DNA of 63,311 nt from Aplysia californica (taxonomy: Eukaryota): positions 3,689,961-3,753,271 of the forward strand of contig NW_004797274.1 of assembly GCF_000002075.1 (NCBI RefSeq). The letters run 5' to 3'. Shown here one piece after another: positions 48,201 to 56,578 of the stretch; position 1 is the first letter of the stretch, and each line of letters opens with the position of its first letter. Under the pieces are notes generated by a model. That model was not told where the DNA came from. It worked only from the letters and a program-made list of their open reading frames with translations, and searched no databases. The position numbers and the translations under genes were made by a program.

Positions 48201-50405
48201 GTCTGCTCCACCTCCCCCTACCCCTCCATTCCCCCCACTACCAACGGAGGATGACATCTCCGACCCCCCTCCCCGGCCTGACCCGGGAAGGGCGGAGTCT
48301 GTCACTCCTCCAAATCCCCCACTAGACCGCCGTCCAATCCAGGACGGCAATCTAGAAAACACTCTGCCTCCCCCGCAAGGAGGAGTCAGAGTGTTTCTTC
48401 GAAGCTGGGGCCACTGAGCTCCAAAATAAAAACTAAAAAGTCATAATGGTGGTCCTGCAATGGAATGCCGGCGGAATCCGACCTTCCATTGCAGAATTGC
48501 AACACTTACAGGCCACACTGTGCCCACGTGTGGCCTGCATACAAGAAACAAAATTCGCCCCGGCTTCACTCATAGACTTAAGAGGATTTACTGCGTATCA
48601 TCACATTCACACGGAGAACCAGATTGCTTCCGGTGGTACCAGCAGAATTTTGAATTTTATGAAGGCCATCGGCCTTAATGGCAAATTATAAAGTGAAATT
48701 ATACTATTTAAAATTTTTAATGTTACTTATAAGAGTTTGTTTTAAATTGTAAATATATTTACACCAAATTTTAGTATTTTAACATTTTAAAGTCTAATTT
48801 TCGACCAACCGTGCAGTGAACTGTTGCGAATGCTATCAACTTGTGTTTCGCGTGCTCATATGACCTTATGCAGTTGCGAGCGCCGTAAAACCCTGTACTA
48901 AACAAACAACTCTCTAGTGGTTCCTCTAATTTTCAGCTCTTGCATGACCTTATTGTGTTGCATATACTGTAAAACTCATACTGTGGGTGGTTGGCAGGTG
49001 CTCTGATTTGGTTTACTTCTTCTTTCCAATCAAACATCTATCGTCTTTATCTGGCTCCTTTTTTGTGTTTGTTACTCTCTTGTAACACCTCTAATCTTTG
49101 GCACTTATATGACCTAATTGTGTTGCAAGTGCCGTAAAACACTTACTAAAACAAAAACAAAAACCTTAATAAAATGAAAACTAAACAATTTGTGTCTTGT
49201 TTTTTTTCATGCCAGTTGGAGAAGCCAGTGGCAAGGCTTCCAAGGGTCTGGCCAAACACATCCCAGGCTCTGGGAATCTCCAGCAGCTGCAGTACCAGGC
49301 CGCCGCCTCTGGCAACGAGTTCACCCGCACCAGAATGGTCAGTTCGAGAGCTGCTAATTCTATAATACAATTGCTTAGTGTAAGACTTTATCCCATGCTC
49401 AAAAGTGACATATGACGGTCTTACACTGAGCAGGTGAATAGCTTTTTGTCTCTGCTTGCAAAATGGTCCAACTCAGATTTGTGTCCAGCATTTTATTTTG
49501 TTTGGTAAAATCAAAACAAAAATACGCTGGCAGTCACAGAGGAAACATGCAAGACAAGTTTTACCATTTTTAGGTGATAAATAGTCTAGTTTAACATTTT
49601 TCATTTTTCTGAACAGTAGCAGAAATGAGTGTGCCATTTTGCTAGCGCAGTGACGATTTGTAGCTTATGGAAGGGGGATGATTTAAAAAAAAAATGTTTT
49701 TGCTCTGTATCCTAGATATGTGTACCGAAAAGTTAGGTGTATTTCAGTCCTCTGGTCTCTCTCTATATTTGTGTGAGCGGTTGGAGGACAGCTCTTGTAG
49801 GTCCTAATTCATTTATTTCTTTGTAATTTCTGTCTTGTCTATCATCTTTAAACAGTAAAATGCAATTATTGTGCTTACGTGTATCTCTTTTGTCAAGGTC
49901 TAACTGATATCTTTTATTTGTCTTTTTATGAAATTAATGCGGGTGTCTGGAAGGTGCCCTGGTAGGTCCTTTTTCCTTTCTTTCCCTTCTTTGTCTCTGT
50001 CAATCTTGCTCTTCTGTGCACTTAATGACCATTAAATTATTGCATAATTGTGCTATTTTACTCAAACAAACAAAAAATGAATAAACGTTACTGCAATGTT
50101 CGAAATGCCATTGCATCAGTAGTATACCAACAGAATGTTAACTAAACTCTCAGCATATATCAATATATATTTTTTCAAAATGACACATGGTAGAGTCTTA
50201 CCCTTAGTAGTCGATGCGTATTGCACCATGATCATACTATCAGCATCCTCCCATTTTTTTTCTCCAGCTGTTGTCGGAGAGGGGTGAGAAGCTGGGGGAT
50301 CTGGACGATAGGACGGCACAAATGATGAACTCGGCTGAGCAGTTTGCCCAGGCGGCGCATGGTCTGGTCAACAAGTACAAGGACAAGAAGTGGTACCAGT
50401 TCTGA
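809..50405 (+). CDS. STXBP5: Tomosyn (syntaxin-binding protein 5 family), 27 coding exons in window, 5'-partial
   Basis: Spliced translation gives IGQAGVDCHCSHES...LPFQSKWLYVGTERGN...ENPYPMDLHESPVT...GHADGSLKFWDAS...SRSRSSS...ERGEKLGDLDDRT...KYKDKKWYQF*, matching tomosyn as I recall it. All junctions GT-AG; exon lengths sum to 4777 nt (1 + 1592 codons including stop). Confidence 0.97.
1928..2028 (+). CDS. STXBP5: tomosyn exon w2 (GALVTVTNDDHLHLWNFRQKQPSIVHSLKFQRE)
   Basis: ttag| ... |gtaaat, 101 nt. Confidence 0.93.
3724..3858 (+). CDS. STXBP5: tomosyn exon w3 (VSRCHLPFQSKWLYVGTERGNVHMVNIESFTCSGYVINWNKTIE)
   Basis: ttcag| ... |gtgagt, 135 nt. Confidence 0.95.
5050..5113 (+). CDS. STXBP5: tomosyn exon w4 (SRKTHPGPVVHLSDNPVDSTK)
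   Basis: ttag| ... |gtaatg, 64 nt. Confidence 0.93.
5498..5567 (+). pseudogene. tRNA-Met-like remnant or SINE head
   Basis: GTGGCGTTAGTGGTTAGG..GGGCTCATAACC..GGGTTCAGACC; stems imperfect. Confidence 0.45.
5797..6225 (+). mobile_element. Short retroposon family B (~400 bp), copy 1
   Basis: 5' CCCC..GGGCAGTGCTACTGACTG; 3' LINE tail GGCGCTCATATGACCTTATGCAGTTGCGAGC..TAAAA; TSD ACTTC(A/T)CGCTTT. Confidence 0.85.
6251..6334 (+). CDS. STXBP5: tomosyn exon w5 (LLIGFESGAIVFWDLRSKSPDYRYNSQE)
   Basis: cccag| ... |gtcagt, 84 nt. Confidence 0.93.
7295..7418 (+). CDS. STXBP5: tomosyn exon w6 (ALRSISWHNEGKQFMCSHSDGSLSTWNVKAPQRPASVTSPH)
   Basis: gcag| ... |gtgagt, 124 nt. Confidence 0.93.
8696..8771 (+). 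CDS. STXBP5: tomosyn exon w7 (KIGPDGKPDLCKPIAKVEWRSTRA)
   Basis: ttcag| ... |gtatgt, 76 nt. Confidence 0.9.
8955..9185. mobile_element. piggyBac-like MITE, copy 2 (inverted relative to copy 1)
   Basis: TTAA flanks; internal sequence is the reverse complement of 17-256. Confidence 0.85.
9288..9640 (+). repeat. Degenerate minisatellite (TATACCTAGAATAGGGTACT core)
   Basis: About 8 decayed units. Confidence 0.65.
10651..10805 (+). CDS. STXBP5: tomosyn exon w8 (EAMVVFSGGMSYDRAGRTPSITVMTGKSTTVLEMEHNVVDFVTLCDTPWVN)
   Basis: tcag| ... |gtcagt, 155 nt; Lgl-type SGG motif. Confidence 0.95.
10787..12005 (+). repeat. Tandem array derived from the exon w8 3' end and donor
   Basis: 88-bp near-perfect duplication (10787-10874 / 10875-10962), then decayed CCTGGGTTAATGGTCAGTTT-like units at ~11277, 11772, 11822, 11877, 11933, 11978. 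Confidence 0.8.
11306..11698 (+). mobile_element. Family B, copy 2
   Basis: Full length, poly(A), TSD GTTTT(T/A)AAGTTAG. Confidence 0.85.
12321..12393 (+). CDS. STXBP5: tomosyn exon w9 (FQDPYAIVVLLQNDLVVIDLTTP)
   Basis: ttcag| ... |gtaaga, 73 nt. Confidence 0.93.
13345..13492 (+). CDS. STXBP5: tomosyn exon w10 (YPCFENPYPMDLHESPVTACQYYANCPMDIIPALYSTGKNQKKTGFSEK)
   Basis: ttcag| ... |gtgagg, 148 nt. Confidence 0.95.
13553..16743 (-). mobile_element. 3.2-kb TIR DNA transposon, Sola1-like, degenerate
   Basis: ATAT flanks; ~35-bp TIR CGT(C/A)GGTCGCCTGAT(A/G)AAA(C/T)CGTGAATTCCACAC; subterminal copies near 13725-13780 and 16495-16565; broken minus-strand coding remnants (e.g. EQFTMGEPGH). The superfamily call is inferred from the AWWT TSD. 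Confidence 0.7.
16960..17415 (+). repeat. ~41-bp minisatellite just upstream of exon w11
   Basis: TGCCAATGTTTGAGTGAGTGTCATTACTGAGTGA(A/G)GAG, about 11 units. Confidence 0.9.
17447..17514 (+). CDS. STXBP5: tomosyn exon w11 (PWPVKGGSWGSSTTSYPEIIIT)
   Basis: ttcag| ... |gtaaga, 68 nt. Confidence 0.93.
17539..17783 (-). mobile_element. tRNA-derived SINE (family C)
   Basis: Minus strand: A-box TGGTATAGCATTTAGG, GTC anticodon-like loop, B-box GAGTTCAATTCCC; tail ATCTAAATTGTAGTCGATG..GTGTAAAA shared with the 61180 copy. Confidence 0.75.
18202..18242 (+). CDS. STXBP5: tomosyn exon w12 (HADGSLKFWDASS)
   Basis: ttcag| ... |gtaagt, 41 nt. Confidence 0.93.
18560..19140 (+). repeat. Low-complexity TGT/TTC-rich decayed tandem repeat
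   Basis: Recurrent TCATGTTCTGTTCC units. Confidence 0.6.
19765..19964 (+). CDS. STXBP5: tomosyn exon w13 (NLQFLYKLKTAKVFEKP...FKFSKQEVSIDFV)
   Basis: ccag| ... |gtaagt, 200 nt. Confidence 0.93.
19945..20545 (+). repeat. Tandem array derived from the exon w13 3' end and donor
   Basis: GGTTTCCATAGACTTTGT(T/A)GTAAGTACTG-like units at ~19946, 20063, 20131, 20232, 20287, 20531. Confidence 0.8.
20809..20952 (+). CDS. STXBP5: tomosyn exon w14 (TLEFSIVYEVYEEMDSPE...ASDNAK)
   Basis: cccag| ... |gtaggt, 144 nt. Confidence 0.9.
21796..21944 (+). CDS. STXBP5: tomosyn exon w15 (SETVTSVKAKTGARRWGPGFLPDLVCILCWVDGEPPGNITVMSLNSSYG)
   Basis: acag| ... |gtaagt, 149 nt. Confidence 0.92.
22436..22859 (+). mobile_element. 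5'-truncated copy of the same LINE family
   Basis: C-terminal CVGCDTDFTIRHILTEC zinc motif ... PSRILNFIKAIGLYGEL*; 3'UTR aligns with 48692-48900; (TAC)n tail. Confidence 0.88.
22871..23274 (+). mobile_element. Family B, copy 3
   Basis: Full length, 11-bp TSD CTCTTCCCAGT (22860-22870, 23275-23285). Confidence 0.88.
23311..24079 (-). mobile_element. Internally deleted hAT element retaining a BED zinc finger
   Basis: 8-bp TSD CTCTTCAC (23303-23310, 24080-24087); TIR TAGGGCTGGG/CCCAGCCCTA; minus ORF 23389-23586 AWDYF..CNIC..STSSLLKHLKGKH. Confidence 0.92.
24397..24485 (+). CDS. STXBP5: tomosyn exon w16 (LAFGNESGLAIVDYLQKTCLLNLGTPDLY)
   Basis: gcag| ... |gtatgc, 89 nt. Confidence 0.93.
25451..25560 (+). 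CDS. STXBP5: tomosyn exon w17 (SMDPYQRAPRSPRSKKYAGEGLVQTSEDCKSPTVDQ)
   Basis: ccag| ... |gtgggt, 110 nt; internal alternative donor G|gtgagg after 25507. Confidence 0.85.
27996..29721 (+). CDS. STXBP5: tomosyn exon w18: giant (1726 nt) Pro/Ser-rich hypervariable-loop exon
   Basis: Inside the 675-aa ORF 27912-29939; phase-0 acceptor ttcag| and phase-1 donor G|gtaggt exactly bridge the phase of w17 (0) and w19 (1); GC-rich and stop-free. Alternative in-frame acceptor at 28023. Confidence 0.78.
37966..38085 (+). CDS. STXBP5: tomosyn exon w19 (KVDGSSFSRSRSSSMSSLDNVTKEAIQCLVFADSYTRKS)
   Basis: gcag| ... |gtctgt, 120 nt; SRSRSSS motif. Confidence 0.92.
39271..39387 (+). CDS. STXBP5: tomosyn exon w20 (TETSPCLWVGTSLGSVIVIVLVLQPDQRLSQPVIVSPS)
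   Basis: acag| ... |gtgagt, 117 nt. Confidence 0.94.
40590..40772 (+). CDS. STXBP5: tomosyn exon w21 (SLYRMKGVIVCMSFLDFKGGLIPALSEQWREVKD...); two in-frame donors (40736 or 40772)
   Basis: acag| acceptor; donors A|gtgagt and AG|gtgtct, both phase 1. Confidence 0.87.
41654..41851 (+). CDS. STXBP5: tomosyn exon w22 (QMSVSNSKPKISPTSSTEMNNDRQFAIICSEKQARAISLPSQ...IVGMR)
   Basis: acag| ... |gtatgt, 198 nt. Confidence 0.93.
41898..42407. mobile_element. MITE with TAGCTCGTCCAAC terminal inverted repeats
   Basis: 13-bp perfect TIR; TSD ambiguous (TA if the TIR starts at G). Confidence 0.7.
42896..43113 (+). mobile_element. Family B, copy 4 (3'-truncated)
   Basis: Matches the first ~215 nt of the other copies. 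Confidence 0.8.
43340..43448 (+). CDS. STXBP5: tomosyn exon w23 (SVCLMCYVANGHILAFSLPSLKPLFDADFLPLPDY)
   Basis: cccag| ... |gtaagg, 109 nt. Confidence 0.94.
43470..43990 (-). mobile_element. Decayed LINE reverse-transcriptase fragment (antisense)
   Basis: Minus ORF 43718-43978 resembles the pre-RT region (..QILNYL...W..KGAF....VIIFPK..); weak. Confidence 0.4.
44185..44280 (+). CDS. STXBP5: tomosyn exon w24 (VARTFCFSNNGHAMFLCSPTEIQKITYSADI)
   Basis: tcag| ... |gtgagt, 96 nt. Confidence 0.94.
44757..44881 (+). CDS. STXBP5: tomosyn exon w25 (ENLNEMLGELFLPRETPEAPKQGLFKTLFGGGVSTLDREEL)
   Basis: acag| ... |gtgagt, 125 nt. Confidence 0.95.
44924..45657. mobile_element. TTAA-flanked non-autonomous DNA transposon (piggyBac-like, second family)
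   Basis: TTAA|CTCACTGACTAC-GGT ... ACCAGTAGTCAGTGAG|TTAA. Confidence 0.8.
46351..48908 (+). mobile_element. I/Nimb-group LINE: 5'UTR, disrupted ORF1 (CCHC knuckles), ORF2 internally deleted, 3'UTR
   Basis: 10-bp TSD ACTCTCTAGT (46341-46350, 48909-48918); ORF1 ~46906-48417 with PYVPNPLRCSQCQKFGH...CPRCGKTGH; ORF2 48446-48691 has APE start LQWNAGG...CIQETK fused to the C-terminus SRILNFMKAIGL. Confidence 0.9.
49216..49337 (+). CDS. STXBP5: tomosyn exon w26 (GEASGKASKGLAKHIPGSGNLQQLQYQAAASGNEFTRTRM)
   Basis: ccag| ... |gtcagt, 122 nt. Confidence 0.93.
50268..50405 (+). CDS. STXBP5: tomosyn last coding exon, R-SNARE-like motif (LLSERGEKLGDLDDRTAQMMNSAEQFAQAAHGLVNKYKDKKWYQF*)
   Basis: ccag| acceptor; VAMP-like heptads with zero-layer R; tomosyn C-terminus KKWYQF; TGA at 50403-50405. 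Confidence 0.96.
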   Translation: MLSERGEKLGDLDDRTAQMMNSAEQFAQAAHGLVNKYKDKKWYQF

Positions 50406-53400
50406 GGGAGGGGGGAGTGGGAGGGGCGCACCGTGTGTTGCTTGTGTCATCTGTGGTCAGATCAGAACTAGGTTTTTTTTCTCCACTCCGTTGGTTCCGC
50501 CGAGTGGTCAGGCTCTTCTCCAGATTTCTCCCACTTATGGAGGCTGCTCCATGCTGATGAGTCCAAGTTTGGAATGGACATCAGACTCCCCAAGTTTGCA
50601 AATTTCTGATGTAGAGGGAGTAGTTGGCATGCTCTGTCTATCTCTGTGTGCGTGTCCATTATGTGCTAGAAGGGACCAACGCAAGGTATCTGGTAGTGAA
50701 TACCTGACGGTATGTGGTAATAAATACCAGAATGTACGTGCTGGGAAATACCATGCTTTCTTTGTACATGGGGATATGAACGCTGGCATGTTTGTTTTTG
50801 AGTGCCGGAGATAGATTGTCGTTTTCCTTCAGTGTACTTTATCAAGATTATTGTTTGCTGCCTTTCTAATTCACAGAAGTTCCAGTTGTAAGTGGATGGT
50901 CACTCATCGTCACATTTGATCATAGGAAGATTGTGAATGCTATGAGTAGTTACACTTTGGTTGTTTTTCTTTTTGGGCTGTCTGTCTTGTCTGTCTGTCT
51001 CTCTCTCTCACTCTCCACCTTTCTTTCCCCTCCCTCCCCCCTCTCTCACCCCGTTCCCTTCCTTCCCTTTCTCTCTGTCTCTGTCTCTCTGTCTTTGTTT
51101 CTTTCTCTGTCTCTCACTCACACACACGCGCANNNNNNNNNNNNNNNNNNNNNNNNNNNNNNNNNNNNNNNNNNNNNNNNNNNNNNNNNNNNNNNNNNNN
51201 NNNNNNNNNNNNNNNNNNNNNNNNNNNNNNNNNNNNNNNNNNNNNNNNNNNNNNNNNNNNNNNNNNNNNNNNNNNNNNNNNNNNNNNNNNNNNNNNNNNN
51301 NNNNNNNNNNNCACAGACTTGTCTGGCTCATGCTTCACATACTGTACATAGCCTCGTCTACTGTAGCCCTTTTTGAGTGCGAAAAGTGTGGAAAGGGTCT
51401 TTAATCTTGTGAAATTTCCAGTCAGGGTGTGGGTAAGATTTCACTGGTTTTTGCGGTGACATCAGCACAATAGTGGAACTGAGGAGCTGATTGAACCGTG
51501 ATATGACTTTTTCTGTTTGAGCATGACTAGTCTGTGCCATGCTAGTTCATGATTAGTTAGTGTGTGTGTGTGTGTGTGTGTTTGTGTGTGTGTGAGAAAC
51601 AGAACAGAATATTTTAGTTATCCTGGTTCCGAGCAATTTTAGTGAAGAGTACTGACCCCCTTGTAATCCCCTCAGGTATGAATTTCATCAAGTAACTTAC
51701 GAACACATGGACAGATAGTGAAGTAAATTTCTTTGTATACTGTAAACAACTCACCAACAGATTTCATAATTCACTTTTGGATGTGACAATGCAATTTCTT
51801 GACATGTGTACAACATCACATCTTCCAGTCTTCTCTTTCTCTACCTTTTTTTTTCTTCGAACCCCTTGTGAGCTATTTGTGGTCAGAAGGCGACCATTCC
51901 AATCATTCTCTCATTTGTCTGTCATCTTACGTCTGTCATCTGTCATCTTGCATCGGTCATCTGGCATTTTCTTAGCACCTTGCGGTCATCATTACGTAGA
52001 TGTGCTTCTTTTTGACTGGAGGGAACTAAATTTAATGTTTAGCATGTGTCATGTAGAAAAACAGTCAAGTTTTACATTCTGGCATTTTATGGTTCATTTA
52101 AGACTTGAACTATTGGTTTAGATGTGTTTAGTGGAATTCACTCTATTGCATTTAATGTCTGCCCTTATCTTACATAGGAACCTCTGTCTTCTTTTAAGTG
52201 GTGCCAGGTTAAGTGGACTTCTATAAAGAGTGTTTCTTTTTTATTTTAGATTGTCTTTGATGTTCCGTTCTTGTAATGATCAAACTGGTTCCATTTATGA
52301 ATCTCATTGTAAACTTTCATCATGGCTAAATGTTCATTATCCAGTACCATTCTCTGTTAGCATGTGCTCTGTGACCGAGGGATTGCACGATTGTCTCTTG
52401 TCCTGAAGTCAAGACTGTGGGAGAATGTGAGTGCACAGTAGCCAGGTGTTTGACAATGTGACGCGTCATGTCTGAGTTTGTGCTGTTGTAGTGTGCACTG
52501 ATGCCTGTTGAGAAGAGGGTGAGGCTGGCGCCAGTGTTTGAACTCACTGTCTAGATGATAGATGAACTCCGTGCAATGAAATATTTTTAAAATGAGATTT
52601 GTAGGAGCTGAAATAATACTAATTTACTTGTATTTTTCCAATCGAGCAGCCATCTGAGTTTGATCTCTTCAGCCTGACCTGAAATAAAACAAATGTGGCA
52701 CTTTGTTCCCTTGTTGTCTAGACTTTCAAAGAATTGGTGTTTTCCCATTTGCATTTTATTCAGAGAAACAGTGGGGGAAAACGATGAAAGTGTTTAACTT
52801 ACGAGGAAGGGGGAGGCAGTCAACATGTGGAACTGAATATATAGCTCGGTTCTTGGAAAGGGGGGTTTTGAGTCTGTTTGCACAGAAGGGAAGGGTGTCT
52901 AGGACTGATGAGGTATTGACTGACAGTGAGTGACAGTAAGAGACTGGGAGAAAGTCAAAAAGAGAGGCGTATGTTCTAAGCGAGATAGTGATGTAGATAT
53001 CTTGAGGACAAGACATACAGCAGCCCTCGCCTTGTGGCTCTTTGTACTACTGCCGTTGATGAAGTTGCTCATGAACATACAAACATGAGCAACTGCAAGC
53101 TGTACTGTCTTAGTGAGTGTTGTTTACCGAGCAAATACTGGTGTGTAATCTTGTCTTGTTGGTAAGTTGCTGAATGTCATAGCCCCGCCCCTTCCAAGGG
53201 TTTTGGAAGCTAGTGCAAACTTTCCACACAGAAATTAGTACATCATATTTTTATTGTTGTCTGTTTTCATTTCGTGCAATATCTATGTCTGAGACGAATA
53301 AGATGCAATCTTTTTATATACATTCACTCCTTTGTTCCTTTTTTGCTCCAGTTCCTTTGATTTTGATTTGTTTTTTTATTTTTACTACATTTTTTATTGC

Positions 53401-54602
53401 GTAACTTGTATTGTTTGGACTATTCCATTACTGGCATTCCATTGTGAACGTGAAAGATTGCCCTAGCCTGGTTCCTCTGATGTGTTGGGATGATAATGCA
53501 GTACCTAGACTATGAGAGAGAGTGGGGGGGTTGGCTGAAATTCTTTAGGGCGAAGCTGTGGATCTCACCAGTAAATTGCGGTGTTGTTTTCTCTCCTTCA
53601 GCAAAATGTTGATGTTGGGTACTTCTGCCAGATGAAATAACTGGAGAAATGAAGTAGTCTCTTGACTCCACAAACTAAAACTTAAGTACCCAGCATTGAG
53701 CTAAAACAGTGCCATTTGAACATGCACCTACTACACAAAGTTAACTGTATGCTAGAGTACAGTATCTATTTATGGGATGATACATAAAGTTTATATATAC
53801 ATATAGGCCTATATGAGACATTTTGTATTCAAGGATTGCTATGTAGGCAGTATATTGGTCGGTGCAAGCACTAGTAATCCCCCAACCCTGACTGCCTGCC
53901 TGAGAGTAGTGTTTTTTGGGTTTTTAAAAAAAATCTCTGCGTGTTCCTGGTGAGTTTTCACTATAGCTAGTTACTTTTGGTTCCCTGCCTGTTATGTAGT
54001 GAGCTACTGCTCGTGATATGCAGGGTTTTAAAATCGTTTTTAACCATGTTTTACAAAAAAAAAAAGTTGTGCTTTTCTTGACCCTAATGATGATAAGTCT
54101 GATGAGGTGTTTTGTACATATTCTATTATAGATTTATCTCTTAAGTAATTCAATCTATTTGTTATTTTAAACTGAAACTTTTGCAGACTTAGGCCACTAG
54201 CCACATTCCTGTACTGTGTGTCCAATATCTGTTTCAGTCACCGACCTGAGACACGTCACAGATATGTCAGGGGGGGTGAGGGGGGTGAGGGGGGTGAGGC
54301 TGCCCCTTCCCTGGCTGTGATGTACCAAACGGAGTCGAGCAAAACTGCCTGATGCCATAATCAGCAATGTTCTTGTTGTTGTTGATGATTGTGATAAACT
54401 CATTATATATTCCTTTCCTTTGTTTTATGTCATAATAATGAGATTGCAGGCTGTCTGTGTTATTATTAAAATGGTTCACTTGTTTTTGTTTTTTTATATG
54501 TTCGCTTTTTTTTCTTTTTATGTTTTGTTTGTTTATTTTAAAAGTACACACATGAATTCTTGTGTGGTGATACAGATATAATATAAATCCATACTTATAG
54601 GC

Positions 54603-55028
54603 TATGTGAGGCAGCGTGGTGAAATCGGGGGCTCGTCAGAATAATGTTATCAAGGAAATTAGCATTTTTCTGGCTTTTGATCAATTTTTCCCTGAATTTT
54701 CTTTCTTTTTATGCTCAGACCCTTCTATGTCCTTTTAAAACCACATTTCTGTGTGGATTTTACTGAAAAACGTTGGTTAAAGGCATAGAAAATTGGAATT
54801 TTCAATTTCCAAGGACTTTCAAGCTTCGGTGGCCATTTTCTCGTTAACTTTACCTACGATACCAGAACACCCCCACCTCTTTCAATCGTAAATATCTTGA
54901 CTTCTATTCAAGATAGATGGATATTTTTTTTGCCAAATGCAAGACATGTAAACAAGCTTTACGATGATACTACTAACTTCGTACGCCCAAAAATTGACGA
55001 GCACCTGATTCCATTGCGTTGTGACACA
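54603..55028. mobile_element. Degenerate MITE
   Basis: Imperfect TIRs tgtgaggcagcgtggtgaaatcgggggctcgtca / tgacgagcacctgattccattgcgttgtgacaca. Confidence 0.5.
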
Positions 55029-55074
55029 CACAAACACACACTCGTATAATATATTAAAATTATATATATTAAAT

Positions 55075-56522
55075 ATATTCACCGGCAATAGAACCTTTCG
55101 ACTCCGAGAGAAGCCTGTACTGTGCTTATTATTCAACGTATGAAAACAAAAATTGACACGCACATATTTCAAAGTATGCCAAGAAGTGTATTACCTTTTG
55201 TTTCTTGGTCATGTCTCATATGGTAGCCTGGCATTTAGCACAAACTAATAACCCTTGATTTCTAAATTTCCTGTCAGTTGCGGGTATTGTCGCCCGTTGC
55301 ATTGATGCAAACTTGGCATGTTCTGCGCTTTGGTTGAGACAATTTTGAAAAAAAATTAATTGTTGTAGTAGTTCATTCCACTCTTGAATCAATCCTTGTC
55401 CCAGTCGTTGTACAGTGTTTATGTCGTTTTGGGCGCTCACGCTTAGGCCCAAAGGGTGACGTGTCTGGCGAGTAGGCTGGCCATAGTCAAACGTACACAT
55501 TTTGCTGCTTGCTTCAGATACTGCATCTTTACACGGGCAACGTGTGGGTGCGCATTGTCTTGTTGGAATATGTGAATACGTTCATGGGTTTGAAAGAAGG
55601 GAACCAAGTACGTCTAGAGAACGTTCTGGTACTTGTTGGTGTTGACCGTGTGTTGAAAATGTGCGGCTAGGTTCTGTTGTTGGAAGATATTCAACTTCAG
55701 ACCATCACACTGCCACCGCCCCATCTGTCTGTTTCATGCATGCTGCAGTCTTCTTGTTTCTCTCTCCTTTATGTCTCCAAACTCTTTGAGAAGAGAACTC
55801 AATCCCAGACGAATGTGACGATTTGCCCCGTCAGCTCAAGCATAATTCTTGGAAAGATGGCAAACGCTAGTCATTATAGAGGCCCCTTGCTCGATGTTAA
55901 ATTGTGTTCTAACGCCGTCGTATCCTTCTTTTTCTGTTAACTCTTCATGTGTCTGTAACTGAGCTGAGCTTGTCGTTGTGAGAAAGCGATCACAAAGATG
56001 CCAGTGCAGTATCTGTTTGTCTTCTTGGGCAGTATCGACCTGTGGTCTGCCTGGTTTGGGTCTATCAGGTGTAACTCCAGTGACCTGGAACTTATCTTTC
56101 AGGTTATTGATGGTAGGATGGGAGCTGTGAAGCCTCCTCGCCACTTTACGGGCCGAAAGTACAACTTGGAGTATTCAAATTGTCCAACAGCGTTCCTCGG
56201 GGTTTAACCGTGGCACCTTGTACAGCGATATAAGACAACAAAAACCAGCTGGAATGTGTATATAACTTGTTTTTTTGGTTTTGAAATCGCTAATGTGTTG
56301 ATCTAAAGACAATTTAGACTATTTCATTTTTTCAAGTCACAAAACATGTTAATTTGAATATGGCTCATGTGGCCATGTGAAAAAATTATTGTTCAAGAAA
56401 AAGATCAGCACGGAGTCATCGTTGGGTGCATGGTGAGTGATGTGCGAAATTTCACTCACTAACTCACGTGAACAAGGGCGCAGTTACAAATGACAAAGTG
56501 GAAAGTTTCTATTGCGGCTATG

Positions 56523-56530
<8 letters not shown>
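55075..56530 (-). mobile_element. Tc1/mariner transposon relic (transposase pseudogene)
   Basis: Minus strand: HTH region ...TGVTPDRPKPGRP, FQQDNAHPHVARV (~55530-55567), WPAYSPD (~55462-55483); TIR-like GCAATAGAA(A/C)CTTTC at both ends; (TA)n at the right flank. Confidence 0.88.

Positions 56531-56578
<48 letters not shown>

Larger units (their letters stand above)
598..49165 (+). mobile_element. Short retroposon family A (~170 bp), ~15 dispersed copies, all + strand
   Basis: Consensus GGTTGGCGGGTGCTCTGGTGTGGTTTGCTCC...GGCACTTATATGACCTAATTGTGTTGCAAGTGCCGTAAAACTCTTACTAAAAC. Copies at ~598, 948 (3' fragment, TSD TTTCCCATCT), 1094, 7077, 7497, 8297, 9736, 19143, 19288, 19530, 21595, 39468, 44317, 46247 (split by the LINE), 48984. 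The span given is the range of copies. Confidence 0.88.

Noticed and set aside
48851-48890. LINE/SINE tail as a hammerhead ribozyme
   Set aside because: Lacks the CUGANGA and GAAA core; better explained as an RT-recognition stem-loop.
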